A stretch of 64,000 bases of DNA from an uncultured Rickettsiales bacterium (GCA_964344575.1 CAYFOA010000011.1:4193-68192); one strand, 5' to 3'; shown: positions 8,845 through 18,167, numbered from the stretch's first letter. A program made the numbers and translations. The notes: generated from the letters alone by a model not told the origin.

Positions 8845-11538
8845 GTGTCCCTGGTCGGCCGCGACGAACTGCTGAGCTCGCTCCGCGCGGCCCTCGGCGA
8901 GCACCGCGTCGTGACCCTCGTGGGGCCCCCCGGGGCCGGCAAGTCGGCGCTCGCGCGAGCCCACGCCGAGCCTCGGGGGGCGCCGGTCCGCGGCGTCGGG
9001 CGGGGGTCCGCGGCCCTCCCCGCCGAGTCCGATCTGGTGGTGCTCGATGGCGCGGACGCAGGCCTCGCGGGGGCGCGGGACGTCGTGCGGGGCTGGCTCT
9101 CGGCATCGACCGAGCGCCGGGTCCTCGTCACCTCCCGGCAGCGCCTCGGCGCCCCCGGCGAGCACGCCCTCGAGGTCCCGCCTCTGGATCCGGACGCCGC
9201 CGCCGCGCTCTTCCTCGAGCGGGCGCGGGCCCTCCGCCCGGACTACGCCACCCAGGACGACTCCGAGGAGCTCGTGGCCCGCATCGCGACCCTCTGCGAC
9301 CACCTGCCCCTGGCGCTCGAGCTGGCCGCCGCGAGGGCCGCCCTCCTGGACCCCGTCGATCTGCTCCGCCGGCTGCACGATCCGTTGGACGTGCTGCGGT
9401 CTGCGGACGACCCGGGGCGCTCTCTCCGGAACCGGCTGGAGGCCTCGATCATCGACCTGGACGACGGCCGCCGGGCGGCCCTGGCCTGGCTCTCCGCCTT
9501 CGACGGACCGTTTGACATCGACGCTGCCGAAGCGGTCGCGGGGGCCCGCCGCGCGCAGGGCGGCCACGTGCTCGACCGGATCCAGGCGCTCGCGGACCGG
9601 TCGCTGCTCTGCAAGGTCGCGTCGTCCCCGGGCGGGGGCGCGCGCTTCGAGCTGCTCCGGGTCGTGCGGGCCTACGCGCGGGAACTCCTCGAGGCCGACG
9701 GAGAGGCCGACGCCGCCGCCCGCGCCCATGCCTCCTGGCTCGCGGGGCGGGTCTGGCGGCACACCGCGGCGTTGGGCGGACCCCGAGGCCCCGAAGCCCT
9801 CCGCCTCCTCGGGCTGCACGGCGCATCGATCCTCTCGGTGCTCGACGCGGGCACGGCCCTCGCCGCCGACGACGCGGCGCGGCTGGGGCTCGCGCTGGAC
9901 GCCCTGCACCGCCACGGTCGACCCGCCCGGCGCGCGGACAGCCGCCACGACCTCGCCGGATCCGCGTCCCCCCTCCGCGACGCCATCGACGTCGCGCTGG
10001 GGGCCTCGTCCGACGCGTGCCCGTCGCTGCGCGCCGCCCTCGTCGCCGCCCGCGAACGCCTCCGCCGCCTCGCCGGGGCGCCGCACGAAGCCCTCCGCAA
10101 CCTCGACGCCGCCCCCGCCGACGTGCCCGCCGTGGGGCTCGAGCGGGCCGCCTGCCTCGCCGCCGCGGGACGCACCCGCGACGCCATCGCCGCGGCCCGG
10201 GCCGTGCACACCGACCTCGTCGCTCGCCGCGCCGACCCCGTCGCCGAGCTCGACGCCGCCGCCCTCACCGCGTCGCTGCTCACCGCCCGCGGCCACATCG
10301 ACAACGCCTCCACCCTCCTGGACGACGCGCTCGCCGCCACGTCGTCCCGCGTCGGCCCCCTCGCCCACGTCCCCTGCCTGCTGGAAGCCGCCCGCGTCGA
10401 GCTGCTCCGCGCCCGGCCCGCCCGCGCGGGGTCCTACCTCGACGACGCCACCCGCATCCTCCGCCCCTGGGACGCGCCCCGCCGCCTCGGCGAGATCCTG
10501 CTCCTGCAGGCCGAAGCGACCGGCGACACCGGCTGCCTCGACCAGGCGCTCGCCCTCTACCGCCGGGCCGGCGACCGGCGCGGCGAGGCGGACGCCCACG
10601 AAGCCGCCGCCGAGGCCCACCTCGAAGCGGGCCGGCTCGACGCCGCCATCGACGACGCCAGCCGTGCCCTCCGGCTCCGCCGCGCCCTCCGCGACGTGCG
10701 CGGACAGGTCGACGCCCTCGAGCTGCTCGGCCTCCTCGAGTGGGCCCAGGGCGACCACGGCGCCGCGGCCACGCGGTTCGGTGCGGCCTCCGAGATCGTC
10801 GGCGAGCTGCAGGACGGCTCGGCCGCCGCGCTCGTCGCGTCCCTGCGCGCCGCCATCGCCGCCGTCGTGGGCAACGTCGACGGCGCCGCGGACGCGCGCG
10901 ACCGGGTCGAGGATCTCCTCGGGGCCACCTCCCACCGGGCCCCGCCGCCGTCGATCTTCGCCCACTGCGCGCACCTCGACCTGCTCCGCGCCGAGCTCGA
11001 TCCCGGCGCCGCGCAGGACTACGTCGCCGCTGCCGCCGAGCGCATCGTCGAAGCCGTCCAGACCGCCGGCGCGCTGCGCCGCCAAGACCACGGCCTGACC
11101 ACCTCCCGCCGGCGCGGGGCCCGCCTCCGGATGGCCCTGCGCCGGGTCACCGAGCGGCTTCCTGACGGGGTCCGCCTCGCGGCCTGGGCCGACGCGCTCG
11201 ATCCCCGCGGCCGGGCGCTCCTCCTGGACGGCGACGGCGCCCACTTCCGCGCGCCCGGCGGCGACTGGAAGGACATCGCGCGGTTCGGCACGCAGCGTCG
11301 GCTGCTCGTGCTGATCGCCCGCTCCCATGGCGGCCCCGACGTGACCTCCGAAGACATCCAAGCCGCACTCTGGCCCGACGAGCGGATCCTCCCCGAGGCG
11401 GCCGCCAACCGGATCCACAAGGTCGTCAGCCAGCTCCGCAAGGCCGGGCTCGGCGACTGCTTGGAGCGCACAGCCGAGGGCTACCGCCTCGCCGTGGCGC
11501 CCGTCGCGCTCCCCGATCTCCCCCTCCGCGCGCCCTAG
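8845..11538 (+). CDS. STAND/AAA-type NTPase with TPR/helical repeats and C-terminal OmpR/PhoB-type winged-helix (trans_reg_C-like) domain; putative transcriptional regulator
   Basis: Walker A VVTLVGPPGAGKS. Walker B LVVLDGAD. LPLALE motif. C-terminus DIQAALWPDE...NRIHKVVSQLRK...GYRL. There is no ATG after the upstream stop at 8822. The start is GTG 8845 or TTG 8827. Confidence 0.75.
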   Translation: MSLVGRDELLSSLRAALGEHRVVTLVGPPGAGKSALARAHAEPRGAPVRGVGRGSAALPAESDLVVLDGADAGLAGARDVVRGWLSASTERRVLVTSRQRLGAPGEHALEVPPLDPDAAAALFLERARALRPDYATQDDSEELVARIATLCDHLPLALELAAARAALLDPVDLLRRLHDPLDVLRSADDPGRSLRNRLEASIIDLDDGRRAALAWLSAFDGPFDIDAAEAVAGARRAQGGHVLDRIQALADRSLLCKVASSPGGGARFELLRVVRAYARELLEADGEADAAARAHASWLAGRVWRHTAALGGPRGPEALRLLGLHGASILSVLDAGTALAADDAARLGLALDALHRHGRPARRADSRHDLAGSASPLRDAIDVALGASSDACPSLRAALVAARERLRRLAGAPHEALRNLDAAPADVPAVGLERAACLAAAGRTRDAIAAARAVHTDLVARRADPVAELDAAALTASLLTARGHIDNASTLLDDALAATSSRVGPLAHVPCLLEAARVELLRARPARAGSYLDDATRILRPWDAPRRLGEILLLQAEATGDTGCLDQALALYRRAGDRRGEADAHEAAAEAHLEAGRLDAAIDDASRALRLRRALRDVRGQVDALELLGLLEWAQGDHGAAATRFGAASEIVGELQDGSAAALVASLRAAIAAVVGNVDGAADARDRVEDLLGATSHRAPPPSIFAHCAHLDLLRAELDPGAAQDYVAAAAERIVEAVQTAGALRRQDHGLTTSRRRGARLRMALRRVTERLPDGVRLAAWADALDPRGRALLLDGDGAHFRAPGGDWKDIARFGTQRRLLVLIARSHGGPDVTSEDIQAALWPDERILPEAAANRIHKVVSQLRKAGLGDCLERTAEGYRLAVAPVALPDLPLRAP

Positions 11539-11541
11539 AGG

Positions 11542-13080
11542 TCAGCGGACCTTCAGCTCGACCGGCGCCGCGCGGGAGCCCTTGCCGCCGATCCGTCGGC
11601 CTTCGCCGTCGAACACATCGACGTACCACTGGACGCCGCCGAGCCAGGCGTCCGTGATCGTGATCGGCCGCCCCGCCCGCGAACCCTCGGGGTTCAGCTC
11701 GATGACGTGCCAGTTCGCCGCGCCGACCTTCATCCACAGCTCCACGCGCTCGGCTCCGGGCCCGTCGAGCTCGACCGCGAAGGGCCACGCCGGGTCGTCG
11801 ACGATGACCGCGCCCGGCGCCACGACCGCGATCTTCACCGCCGGCAGGGGCGTGGGGGTCGGATCCCGGGGCGGCGGGTCCCACTTCGGCGTCGGCGGCT
11901 CCGAAGCCCCGACCGCCACCGGCGTCGCCGCCTCGACCGGCGCGGCGACGTCCGACCGGCGCTCGGGTTCGGGCTCGGGCTCGGGCTCGACGTTCTCGTT
12001 CTCGTTCTCGTTCTCGTTCTCGTTCTCGTGCTCGTGCTCGTTCTCGTGCTCGTTCTCGTTCTCGTTCTCGTTCTCGTTCTCGTCGTCGACGGAAGCATCG
12101 TCGGGGGGATCCCCAGCCCCTTCCTCCCGTCCGCCGTCCCCCACCATCAGCAGCAACACCACCGCGGTCACGACTGCCGCGATGGCCGCCGCCCTGCCGG
12201 CGCGACGGACCCGGGTCGGGGCGTCGGGCAGCTTCAGCGCGGGGACCGCCGCCGTCGACAGCAGCGCCGCCGTGGTGGGGACGATCTCCTCGAGGTGCGC
12301 CTGCGCCTCCTCCACCGTCGCGAACCGGTCCCCCGGCTTCTTCGCGATCATGCGGTCGATCCACGTCTGCGCGTCCACCGGGAAGCCCCGCGGCAGCCGC
12401 ACCGAGCGCGCCTCGCCGGTCGCCCCGAAGAGCAGCGTCCGCCCCACCGAGTACAAGTCCGACGCGTACGCGGCCTTCTCCAGGTCCCGCACCTCGGGCG
12501 CCATGTAGGCCAGCGTCCCCATCAGGTCGCCCGTCTGCGTCAGCCCGAGATCCGTCTCCAGGTGGGCGATGCCGAAGTCGCCCAGCTTCGCGTGGCCGTC
12601 GAGGTCGAGGAAGACGTTCCGGGGCTTGACGTCGCGGTGGACGATGTCGTTGCGGTGGACGGCCTCCAGCGCGGCGAGGAGCTCACCCGCGAGCTGCGTC
12701 CACTGCGCCGGCCCCAGCGGCCCACTCCCCTTCACCCGGGCGTGCAGGCTCCCCCCGGGGACGTACTCCATCACCAGGAACACGGTCCCGTCCTGCACCC
12801 CCGCGTCGTACACCTGCACCACCCGGGGGTGGTTGATCCGCGCCGCCGCCCGCCCCTCCTGCCGGAACCGCGCGAGCAGCTTGTCGTCCAGCATCGCCCC
12901 CGCGTTCAACGTCTTGATCGCGACCTTCCGCCCGAGTTCAGGATCCTGCGCGCGGTACACCTTGCCCATGCCCCCGCCGGCGATGAACGACTCGACCCGG
13001 TAGCGGCCGAACCCCGCCGGCAGGTCCACCGTGTCCGCGTTCGTGCCCCCGCGCGGGCGCGTGGTCCCGGGATCGCTCAC
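11542..13080 (-). CDS. Hanks-type Ser/Thr protein kinase, single TM, with Glu-Asn dipeptide repeat and C-terminal extracytoplasmic domain
   Basis: Kinase motifs are GGGMGKVYRA, VAIK, HRDVKPRNVFL, DFG and YMAPE. A TM helix AAAIAAVVTAVVLLLMV is present. (EN)n/EH repeats are encoded by a hexanucleotide repeat. The GTG start at 13078-13080 overlaps the upstream stop codon (GTGA). Confidence 0.9.
   Translation of the reverse strand: MSDPGTTRPRGGTNADTVDLPAGFGRYRVESFIAGGGMGKVYRAQDPELGRKVAIKTLNAGAMLDDKLLARFRQEGRAAARINHPRVVQVYDAGVQDGTVFLVMEYVPGGSLHARVKGSGPLGPAQWTQLAGELLAALEAVHRNDIVHRDVKPRNVFLDLDGHAKLGDFGIAHLETDLGLTQTGDLMGTLAYMAPEVRDLEKAAYASDLYSVGRTLLFGATGEARSVRLPRGFPVDAQTWIDRMIAKKPGDRFATVEEAQAHLEEIVPTTAALLSTAAVPALKLPDAPTRVRRAGRAAAIAAVVTAVVLLLMVGDGGREEGAGDPPDDASVDDENENENENENEHENEHEHENENENENENENVEPEPEPEPERRSDVAAPVEAATPVAVGASEPPTPKWDPPPRDPTPTPLPAVKIAVVAPGAVIVDDPAWPFAVELDGPGAERVELWMKVGAANWHVIELNPEGSRAGRPITITDAWLGGVQWYVDVFDGEGRRIGGKGSRAAPVELKVR
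11989..12080 (-). repeat. In-frame hexanucleotide microsatellite (GTTCTC/GTGCTC)x~15 encoding (Glu-Asn)n/(Glu-His) in the kinase gene
   Basis: cgttctcgttctcgttctc...gtgctcgtgctcgttctc is seen directly. The translation is ENENENENENEHENEHEHENENENENENEN. Confidence 0.95.
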
Positions 13081-13835
13081 CAGCGGCCCGCCACCCCGAA
13101 GGAGAGCCCGCCGCCGACCACGTCCGGGGCGACCCAGGCCGTCGCCGGGGCGCCCTCCCGGGACGCCACCATCGCGGCGACGAGGCCGACCCCGACCGCG
13201 ACCCCGCCGCCGATCGCGACGCCGGCGCCGACGTCGTGCTGGGTGCTCAGCCGCCGGTAGGGGTCACCGCAGCGGCAGTCGAGGGCGAAGACACGGGTGT
13301 ACGCGTCGGCCACGACGACCACGCCGACCCCCAGCGCCGCGGCGCCGCCGACGGCCACGCCCAGCCCCCCCGCCGTCCCCTTGGGGGGCGCGGGGCGGGG
13401 CGTCGGGGAGGTCTCGGGGGCCGGCTCCTCGGCGGGGGCCGGCGCCTCCGCCGGGGCCGGCTCCTCGCCGGGGGCCGGCTCGGGCGGCGGCGCGCGCGCC
13501 GCGTCGATGCGACCCCGGAGCTCCTCCGCCTCCGTCTCCTGCCGCGCGCTCAAGGGGAACGTCTCGAACCGGTCCAGCGCCTCGGCGGCCGCGTCCCACT
13601 CCTCCAGCGCGGCGTGGCAGGACGCCTTGTAGAACCACGCCCGCCGCGCCTCGGGGTTCAACCGGATCGCCGACTCCAGCAGCCCGATCGCCTCCGCGTA
13701 CCGCTCCACGTCGATGAGGTCGGCCGCCTGGAGGACGTACTCCCGCGCCCGCTCGGCGTCGGCATCCTGGGCTCGCGCCGGCGCGGCGACCGCCACCACC
13801 GTCAGGGCCGCGAGGATCACCGCGATCACTGGCAC
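13077..13835 (-). CDS. Secreted TPR-repeat protein with Pro/Ala/Glu-rich linker and Gly-rich hydrophobic C-terminus
   Basis: GTG start gives VPVIAVILAALTVVAVAAPARAQD (signal peptide). TPR-like segment YAEAIGLLESAIRLNPEARRAWFYKASCHAALEEWDAAAEAL. A 4-nt overlap with the downstream kinase gene suggests an operon. Confidence 0.6.
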   Translation of the reverse strand: MPVIAVILAALTVVAVAAPARAQDADAERAREYVLQAADLIDVERYAEAIGLLESAIRLNPEARRAWFYKASCHAALEEWDAAAEALDRFETFPLSARQETEAEELRGRIDAARAPPPEPAPGEEPAPAEAPAPAEEPAPETSPTPRPAPPKGTAGGLGVAVGGAAALGVGVVVVADAYTRVFALDCRCGDPYRRLSTQHDVGAGVAIGGGVAVGVGLVAAMVASREGAPATAWVAPDVVGGGLSFGVAGRW

Positions 13836-15754
13836 GTGTGGCCCTCCGCCTTGTTCCCGATGCACTCCAGGGCCGCCGGGCAGAGGTTCTCGGGGTAGCT
13901 CGCGTCGCAGGAGCCCGGCACCGTCAGGGGGTCGAGGAACCGGGAGGGGATGCAGACGGGGACGCCCGTGCCGGAGTCGACGCACCGGGACGGGTACGCG
14001 TCGAGGCCAAGGCAGCCGACGGTGCCGATCGTGCACGTGGGCACGGAGACGCACACCCGGACGTCGTCCTGGGTCGCGAACGGGACCTCGGGCAAACCCG
14101 ACGCCGTCCGGCAGATCTCTCCGGATCCGCAGCCGCCGTCGCACGTCGACCGGCAGTCGCCGCCGATCCGGTCGCAGGCCGTGTCCTCCTCGGTGCAGTC
14201 GCCGTCGTCGAGGCACCGGACGGACTCCGCTGCCGGATCGACCACCGACGTCTCCGCGGCGAGGAGCGCACCGGGGGTGTGGGCGACGCCGTTGGCGACG
14301 ACGAGCACCACCGAGGACGCGTGCGCCGCTCCCCCGGCCAGCGGGGCGTCGGTCACCACGAGGTCGGCCAGGGGCCCGTCGTCCGCGGTCGCCCCGTCGG
14401 CGTCGAAGGCCGCCGCGATCGAACCGAGGCGGGGCGCAACGTCCCCGGGGATGAGCGACGCGGGCAGGCTCGTCGCCCGACGGAGCGCCTCCTCGGGCTC
14501 CAGCGTCCCCGACAGCAGCTCCAACTCCTGGTGCAGCCCCCATCCGTGGGGCACGAACCCGCGCCCCGCGCCGCTCCCCGCGACGACCGGGACCACGCCG
14601 CCCGCGTCGAGCGCGGCGAGCCACTCCTCGGTCGCCGTGAACACCGGCGTCGCGCTGAGGCGGTCGACTCCCCCGAGGCCGTGCGGTGCCGGGGCCTCGG
14701 ACGTGTAGGCGGCCAACGAGGTCGCCGCCCGCGGGTTCAGGAAGTCCGCCGCGCCGGACCGGTCGGGGCCGCCGCCGCCCTGCGCGATCACGGCCAGCGA
14801 CGTCGCCAGCGTGAGCGAGCTGACGGCGACGTCGGGCGTCGAGGCGGCGCCGTCGTACGCGCCGCGCTCCGGAAGCGTCATCCACAGCGGCTCGCCGCCC
14901 CGCGCCGCCACCTCCGCCGCGGCGGTCGTCCAGTCTGAGCCCCGGGTCGCGGTCACGTACACGACCGGGTGGCCGGCCAGCGACGCCGGCCACACCGCGT
15001 CGATGATCGCGTCGCCCTCGAGGCCGACGGAGAAGGCGACGAACTCCTCCTCAGGGAGGGGGGTGGCGTCGTCGCCGGGCGGGTCGCAGCGGTCGTCACG
15101 GAACGCGTACTCGCAGGGGACGTCGCCGGCCTTGATCCGGGCCGGACCGGCGGCGCCGAGGATGCGCGGCCCGATGACCTCGCCGGCCTCGATCCGGTCG
15201 GCCACGCCGCGGATCCAGGCGGGCCCCGCCGCATCGATCACACCGGTGACCCCCGCGGCCAGCTGCGCCCGCAGGTGGAACGAGGTCTCGTCGCCCACGT
15301 CGGCGGGCGTGCCCGGGTCGGCGAGGTGCACGCGGGAGTCGATCAGTCCCGGCGCGACGTAGAGGTCCCCGTCGCCGAGCCCGTGATCACCCCGGAGGTC
15401 GGCGACGTCCTCGTCCTCCACCCACTGCAGCACGGCGTCGTCCTGCGTGATGGTCCAGACGGCGTCCGCGACGAGGACGACGTGCCACGTGCCGCCCCGA
15501 TCAGTGTCCCCGTCCCACACGTGGACGGACGTCAGGACCGAGGCGCCGTCCGGCGCGGGGCCGGGGGCGGAGTCGTCGTCGTCGGAGCCCGAGTCGTCGT
15601 CGTCCGAGCCCGAGTCGTCGTCGTCCGGGCCCGTGTCGTCGTCGTCCGGGCCCGTGTCGTCGTCGTCATCGACCCGACACTCCCCGCAGTCCTGCTCTCC
15701 CGGCCAGCACCCCGCCAACAGCAGCAGGCACCCGATCGCGGCGATGCTCCGCAT
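13826..15754 (-). CDS. Lipoprotein with poly-Asp repeat linker, amidohydrolase-like core (tentative) and Cys-rich C-terminal domain
   Basis: Lipobox in MRSIAAIGCLLLLAGCW. Repeat DDDDTGPDDDDTGPDDDDSGSDDDDSGSDDDDS. Segment APGLIDSRVHLADPG resembles the amidohydrolase metal-binding GLIDSHVHL motif, but Arg replaces the first His. The C-terminus carries many Cys. Confidence 0.7.
   Translation of the reverse strand: MRSIAAIGCLLLLAGCWPGEQDCGECRVDDDDDTGPDDDDTGPDDDDSGSDDDDSGSDDDDSAPGPAPDGASVLTSVHVWDGDTDRGGTWHVVLVADAVWTITQDDAVLQWVEDEDVADLRGDHGLGDGDLYVAPGLIDSRVHLADPGTPADVGDETSFHLRAQLAAGVTGVIDAAGPAWIRGVADRIEAGEVIGPRILGAAGPARIKAGDVPCEYAFRDDRCDPPGDDATPLPEEEFVAFSVGLEGDAIIDAVWPASLAGHPVVYVTATRGSDWTTAAAEVAARGGEPLWMTLPERGAYDGAASTPDVAVSSLTLATSLAVIAQGGGGPDRSGAADFLNPRAATSLAAYTSEAPAPHGLGGVDRLSATPVFTATEEWLAALDAGGVVPVVAGSGAGRGFVPHGWGLHQELELLSGTLEPEEALRRATSLPASLIPGDVAPRLGSIAAAFDADGATADDGPLADLVVTDAPLAGGAAHASSVVLVVANGVAHTPGALLAAETSVVDPAAESVRCLDDGDCTEEDTACDRIGGDCRSTCDGGCGSGEICRTASGLPEVPFATQDDVRVCVSVPTCTIGTVGCLGLDAYPSRCVDSGTGVPVCIPSRFLDPLTVPGSCDASYPENLCPAALECIGNKAEGHTCQ
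15570..15675 (-). repeat. 21-bp tandem repeat x~5 encoding the (DDDD[ST]GP/S) linker of the amidohydrolase-like lipoprotein
   Basis: gagtcgtcgtcgtccgagccc repeated with minor variants. Confidence 0.9.
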
Positions 15755-15804
15755 TCGGGTGAGTGTACCGGTCCGCCGATCCGGCTACAGCTTCCGCGGC
15801 GAGC

Positions 15805-16902
15805 TCAGCGGCAGCCGCTCTCCGGCAGCGACGGGTCGTCGACGAGGTCGAGGCCCTGCTCCAGCGCGAGGTACCGCTCCTCGTCCACGTCCCACACCCA
15901 CCAGCCGACCTCCAGGCCGTCGTCGAGGAGGTGCTCGGCGGTAGTCAGCTCCATCGCGGTCGGGTCCAGGTAGCGGACCTCGGCCCGGCTCGCGGCCACC
16001 AGCTCGTCGCACGAGCCCGGGGTGAAGCGACCGTCGCCGTCCGCGTCGGTGAACGCCACCGCCCGGTACACCGCCGTCGGGAGATCGACGTGGCCGTCGC
16101 CGATGTCCGTCGGCGCGAGGTGCTCCGCGGGGGGCGCGCCGTCGATCTCGAGGGACGCCCCCGCGGCCTGCGCGAAGGCCTCCGGGTCGGCCGCGTCGCC
16201 GCTGCCGTCGAGGTACGACGCCAGGACCAGGGCGAGGCGGTCGCCCCCGGGGGAGGTGGCCGGCGCCGCGCCGCGGGTCACCGGCACCAGGGAGCTCGCC
16301 AGCTGCGGACCCTCGTCGGCCGTCGTGCCCTCGGGGACGGGCGTCATCTCCACGTCGCCGCCGTCGAGGATGTCCGCGCGCAGGACCGTGTACCAGCCCG
16401 CGTCGAGGTCGGCGTCGTGCTCGTCGATGACGCGGACGTACATCAGCATGACGGGCGCGCCGCCGAGGAGGTCCTCGCCGGCCGTGAACGCGCCGTCCTC
16501 GTCGGCGTCGAGGTAGGAGAAGAAGAAGTAGGTCGCGACCTGGGCGCCGGGCGCGGTGTGGCCGAAGTCGTCGTCGGACGGCTCGCCGTCGACGACCACG
16601 GCGAAGTCGGTCCAGCCGTCTGCGAGGGCGCCTTGCACCACCAGCGTGCCGTAGGCCTCGTGCCCCGGCCCGCGCGCCTCGTCGTTCACGCCCACGAACA
16701 AGCCGACGCGGACGTCCCCGGTGGGAGCGTCGCGGCCGTCCGCCTCGAACCCGACCCGGCCCGCGAAGGTGACGCTGTCGCTCGCCGCGTCGTCGTCGTC
16801 CGGCGCCCCGGCGGCGTCGTCGTCGTCGCCCGCAGGGGGCGACCCGTCGGGCGCGGGGCACGCGCCGAGGAGCAGGGCAGCGATCAGGGGCCACGTCCGC
16901 AT
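15805..16902 (-). CDS. Hypothetical lipoprotein (366 aa) with Asp-rich linker
   Basis: The start is an internal ATG at 16900-16902 (MRTWPLIAALLLGACP, lipobox), followed by GDDDDAAGAPDDDDAASD. Composition is acidic and protein-like. The rest of ORF 15805..17730 is spurious. Confidence 0.65.
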   Translation of the reverse strand: MRTWPLIAALLLGACPAPDGSPPAGDDDDAAGAPDDDDAASDSVTFAGRVGFEADGRDAPTGDVRVGLFVGVNDEARGPGHEAYGTLVVQGALADGWTDFAVVVDGEPSDDDFGHTAPGAQVATYFFFSYLDADEDGAFTAGEDLLGGAPVMLMYVRVIDEHDADLDAGWYTVLRADILDGGDVEMTPVPEGTTADEGPQLASSLVPVTRGAAPATSPGGDRLALVLASYLDGSGDAADPEAFAQAAGASLEIDGAPPAEHLAPTDIGDGHVDLPTAVYRAVAFTDADGDGRFTPGSCDELVAASRAEVRYLDPTAMELTTAEHLLDDGLEVGWWVWDVDEERYLALEQGLDLVDDPSLPESGCR

Positions 16903-16940
16903 GCCGCCAGTCTTTCCGGGGCGGGCGGCGGGTGCAAGGA

Positions 16941-18134
16941 CTACGCGATCGGGGCGACGTCCGGCGGGACCCAGCCGGCGCGGGCCTCGGCCGACATCAG
17001 CGTCTCCTTCCGCCAGTGACGCAGCGGCAGGAGCTTGTCCCCCAGCCACGTCGTCGCGCCGAGGACCGCGTCCTCGAGGGGTTCGTCGTCGCGACCGGCG
17101 AGGTGGGCGGCGGTCATCTGGAGCCAGCCCCGCGTGATGGTCTCGTGGTAGCCGCGCTCGGGCGTCGTCTCGATCCCGTGGGTGTCGAGGAACCGGTGCA
17201 GCGCCGCCCGCATCCGGTCCATGGCGACGTCCACGTCCCGCCCCGCGTCGCGGAGGAAGGAGACTGCGACGACGACGTGCTCGACGTGGTGCCACTCCTC
17301 GATCGGAAGGGTCGCCGCCTCGAACCGCTCGACCAGCCGCACGATCGCCGCCTCGTCGCGTGGCGCCGGGCGCGAGACGCACCACTGCTGGGACTCCGGG
17401 ACGAACCCGAGCCGCTCGTACAGCGGCCGCGCGGTCCCCTCGACGTGGACGTTGATCCAGAGCGGCAGCCCCGGACGGCGGCCGCGGTGACCTTCGATCG
17501 CGCGGGTCAGCAGGGCCGTCGCGAGGCCGCGCTTGCGCTGCGCCTCCCGGGTCTGGACGTCCTGAAAGCGGGACTCCCGAGGTCCGTCGACGACGGCCAC
17601 CATCGACGCCACCTCCCCGGTCGCCCGCTCGACCGCGATCCACTTCGCCAGCGCCCCTGCCTCGGCCTGGCGGATGCGTCCGGCGACCACCGCGTCGAGG
17701 TAGGCCTGCTCGCGGGGCTGCTCCTGCCACCCGTTGATCTCGACCGCCGCCGCGTGGATGGCGGGCCAGTCGGCGAGCTCGGCGAGGCGCAGGTCGTACC
17801 CGGCGACGTCCTCGATCGGCCCGCCGTCCTCCATCCGACCGGTCAGGGTCACCTCGAGGCGGAGCCCCGGCGGGAGGTCCGGCGGGGGCGTCGCGACGGC
17901 CGCCGTCTCGAGCTCCACGTACGCCGTCTGGACCCCCTTGCCGGCGTGGTGCTCACGCCACGTCCGGAACGGCATCTCCCAGTCCGCCGGCGCCCTCACG
18001 AGCGCGATCCGGTGCCCCCAGTTCGACGCCCGGCAGGCCGCCGCCTCGGCGACGAGGACGTCCCCGAGGTCGGTCCAGGAGGTCTCGAAGGGCTGCGCGA
18101 AGCGGTCGGTGCGGCGGGCGGGGAGGTCGTCCAT
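16941..18134 (-). CDS. GNAT family N-acetyltransferase domain protein with additional C-terminal domain
   Basis: GNAT motif A RKRGLATALLTRAIE and LYERLGF. The 397-aa ORF has balanced composition. Confidence 0.75.
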   Translation of the reverse strand: MDDLPARRTDRFAQPFETSWTDLGDVLVAEAAACRASNWGHRIALVRAPADWEMPFRTWREHHAGKGVQTAYVELETAAVATPPPDLPPGLRLEVTLTGRMEDGGPIEDVAGYDLRLAELADWPAIHAAAVEINGWQEQPREQAYLDAVVAGRIRQAEAGALAKWIAVERATGEVASMVAVVDGPRESRFQDVQTREAQRKRGLATALLTRAIEGHRGRRPGLPLWINVHVEGTARPLYERLGFVPESQQWCVSRPAPRDEAAIVRLVERFEAATLPIEEWHHVEHVVVAVSFLRDAGRDVDVAMDRMRAALHRFLDTHGIETTPERGYHETITRGWLQMTAAHLAGRDDEPLEDAVLGATTWLGDKLLPLRHWRKETLMSAEARAGWVPPDVAPIA

Positions 18135-18167
18135 CCGCCTCCAGAATGCCGAACCGCCCCACTCTAT

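Noticed and set aside
8743-11418. 891-aa minus ORF and 9047-11098 plus ORF
   Set aside because: They are antisense and alternate frames of the STAND regulator gene. Their Gly/Arg/Pro or Ser/Thr/Pro-rich composition is typical of GC artefacts.
15785-17730. Long minus ORFs extending upstream of the 15805-16902 lipoprotein
   Set aside because: The upstream portions are Arg/Gly/Pro-rich and overlap the GNAT gene region. A clear lipoprotein start at 16902 defines the real gene.
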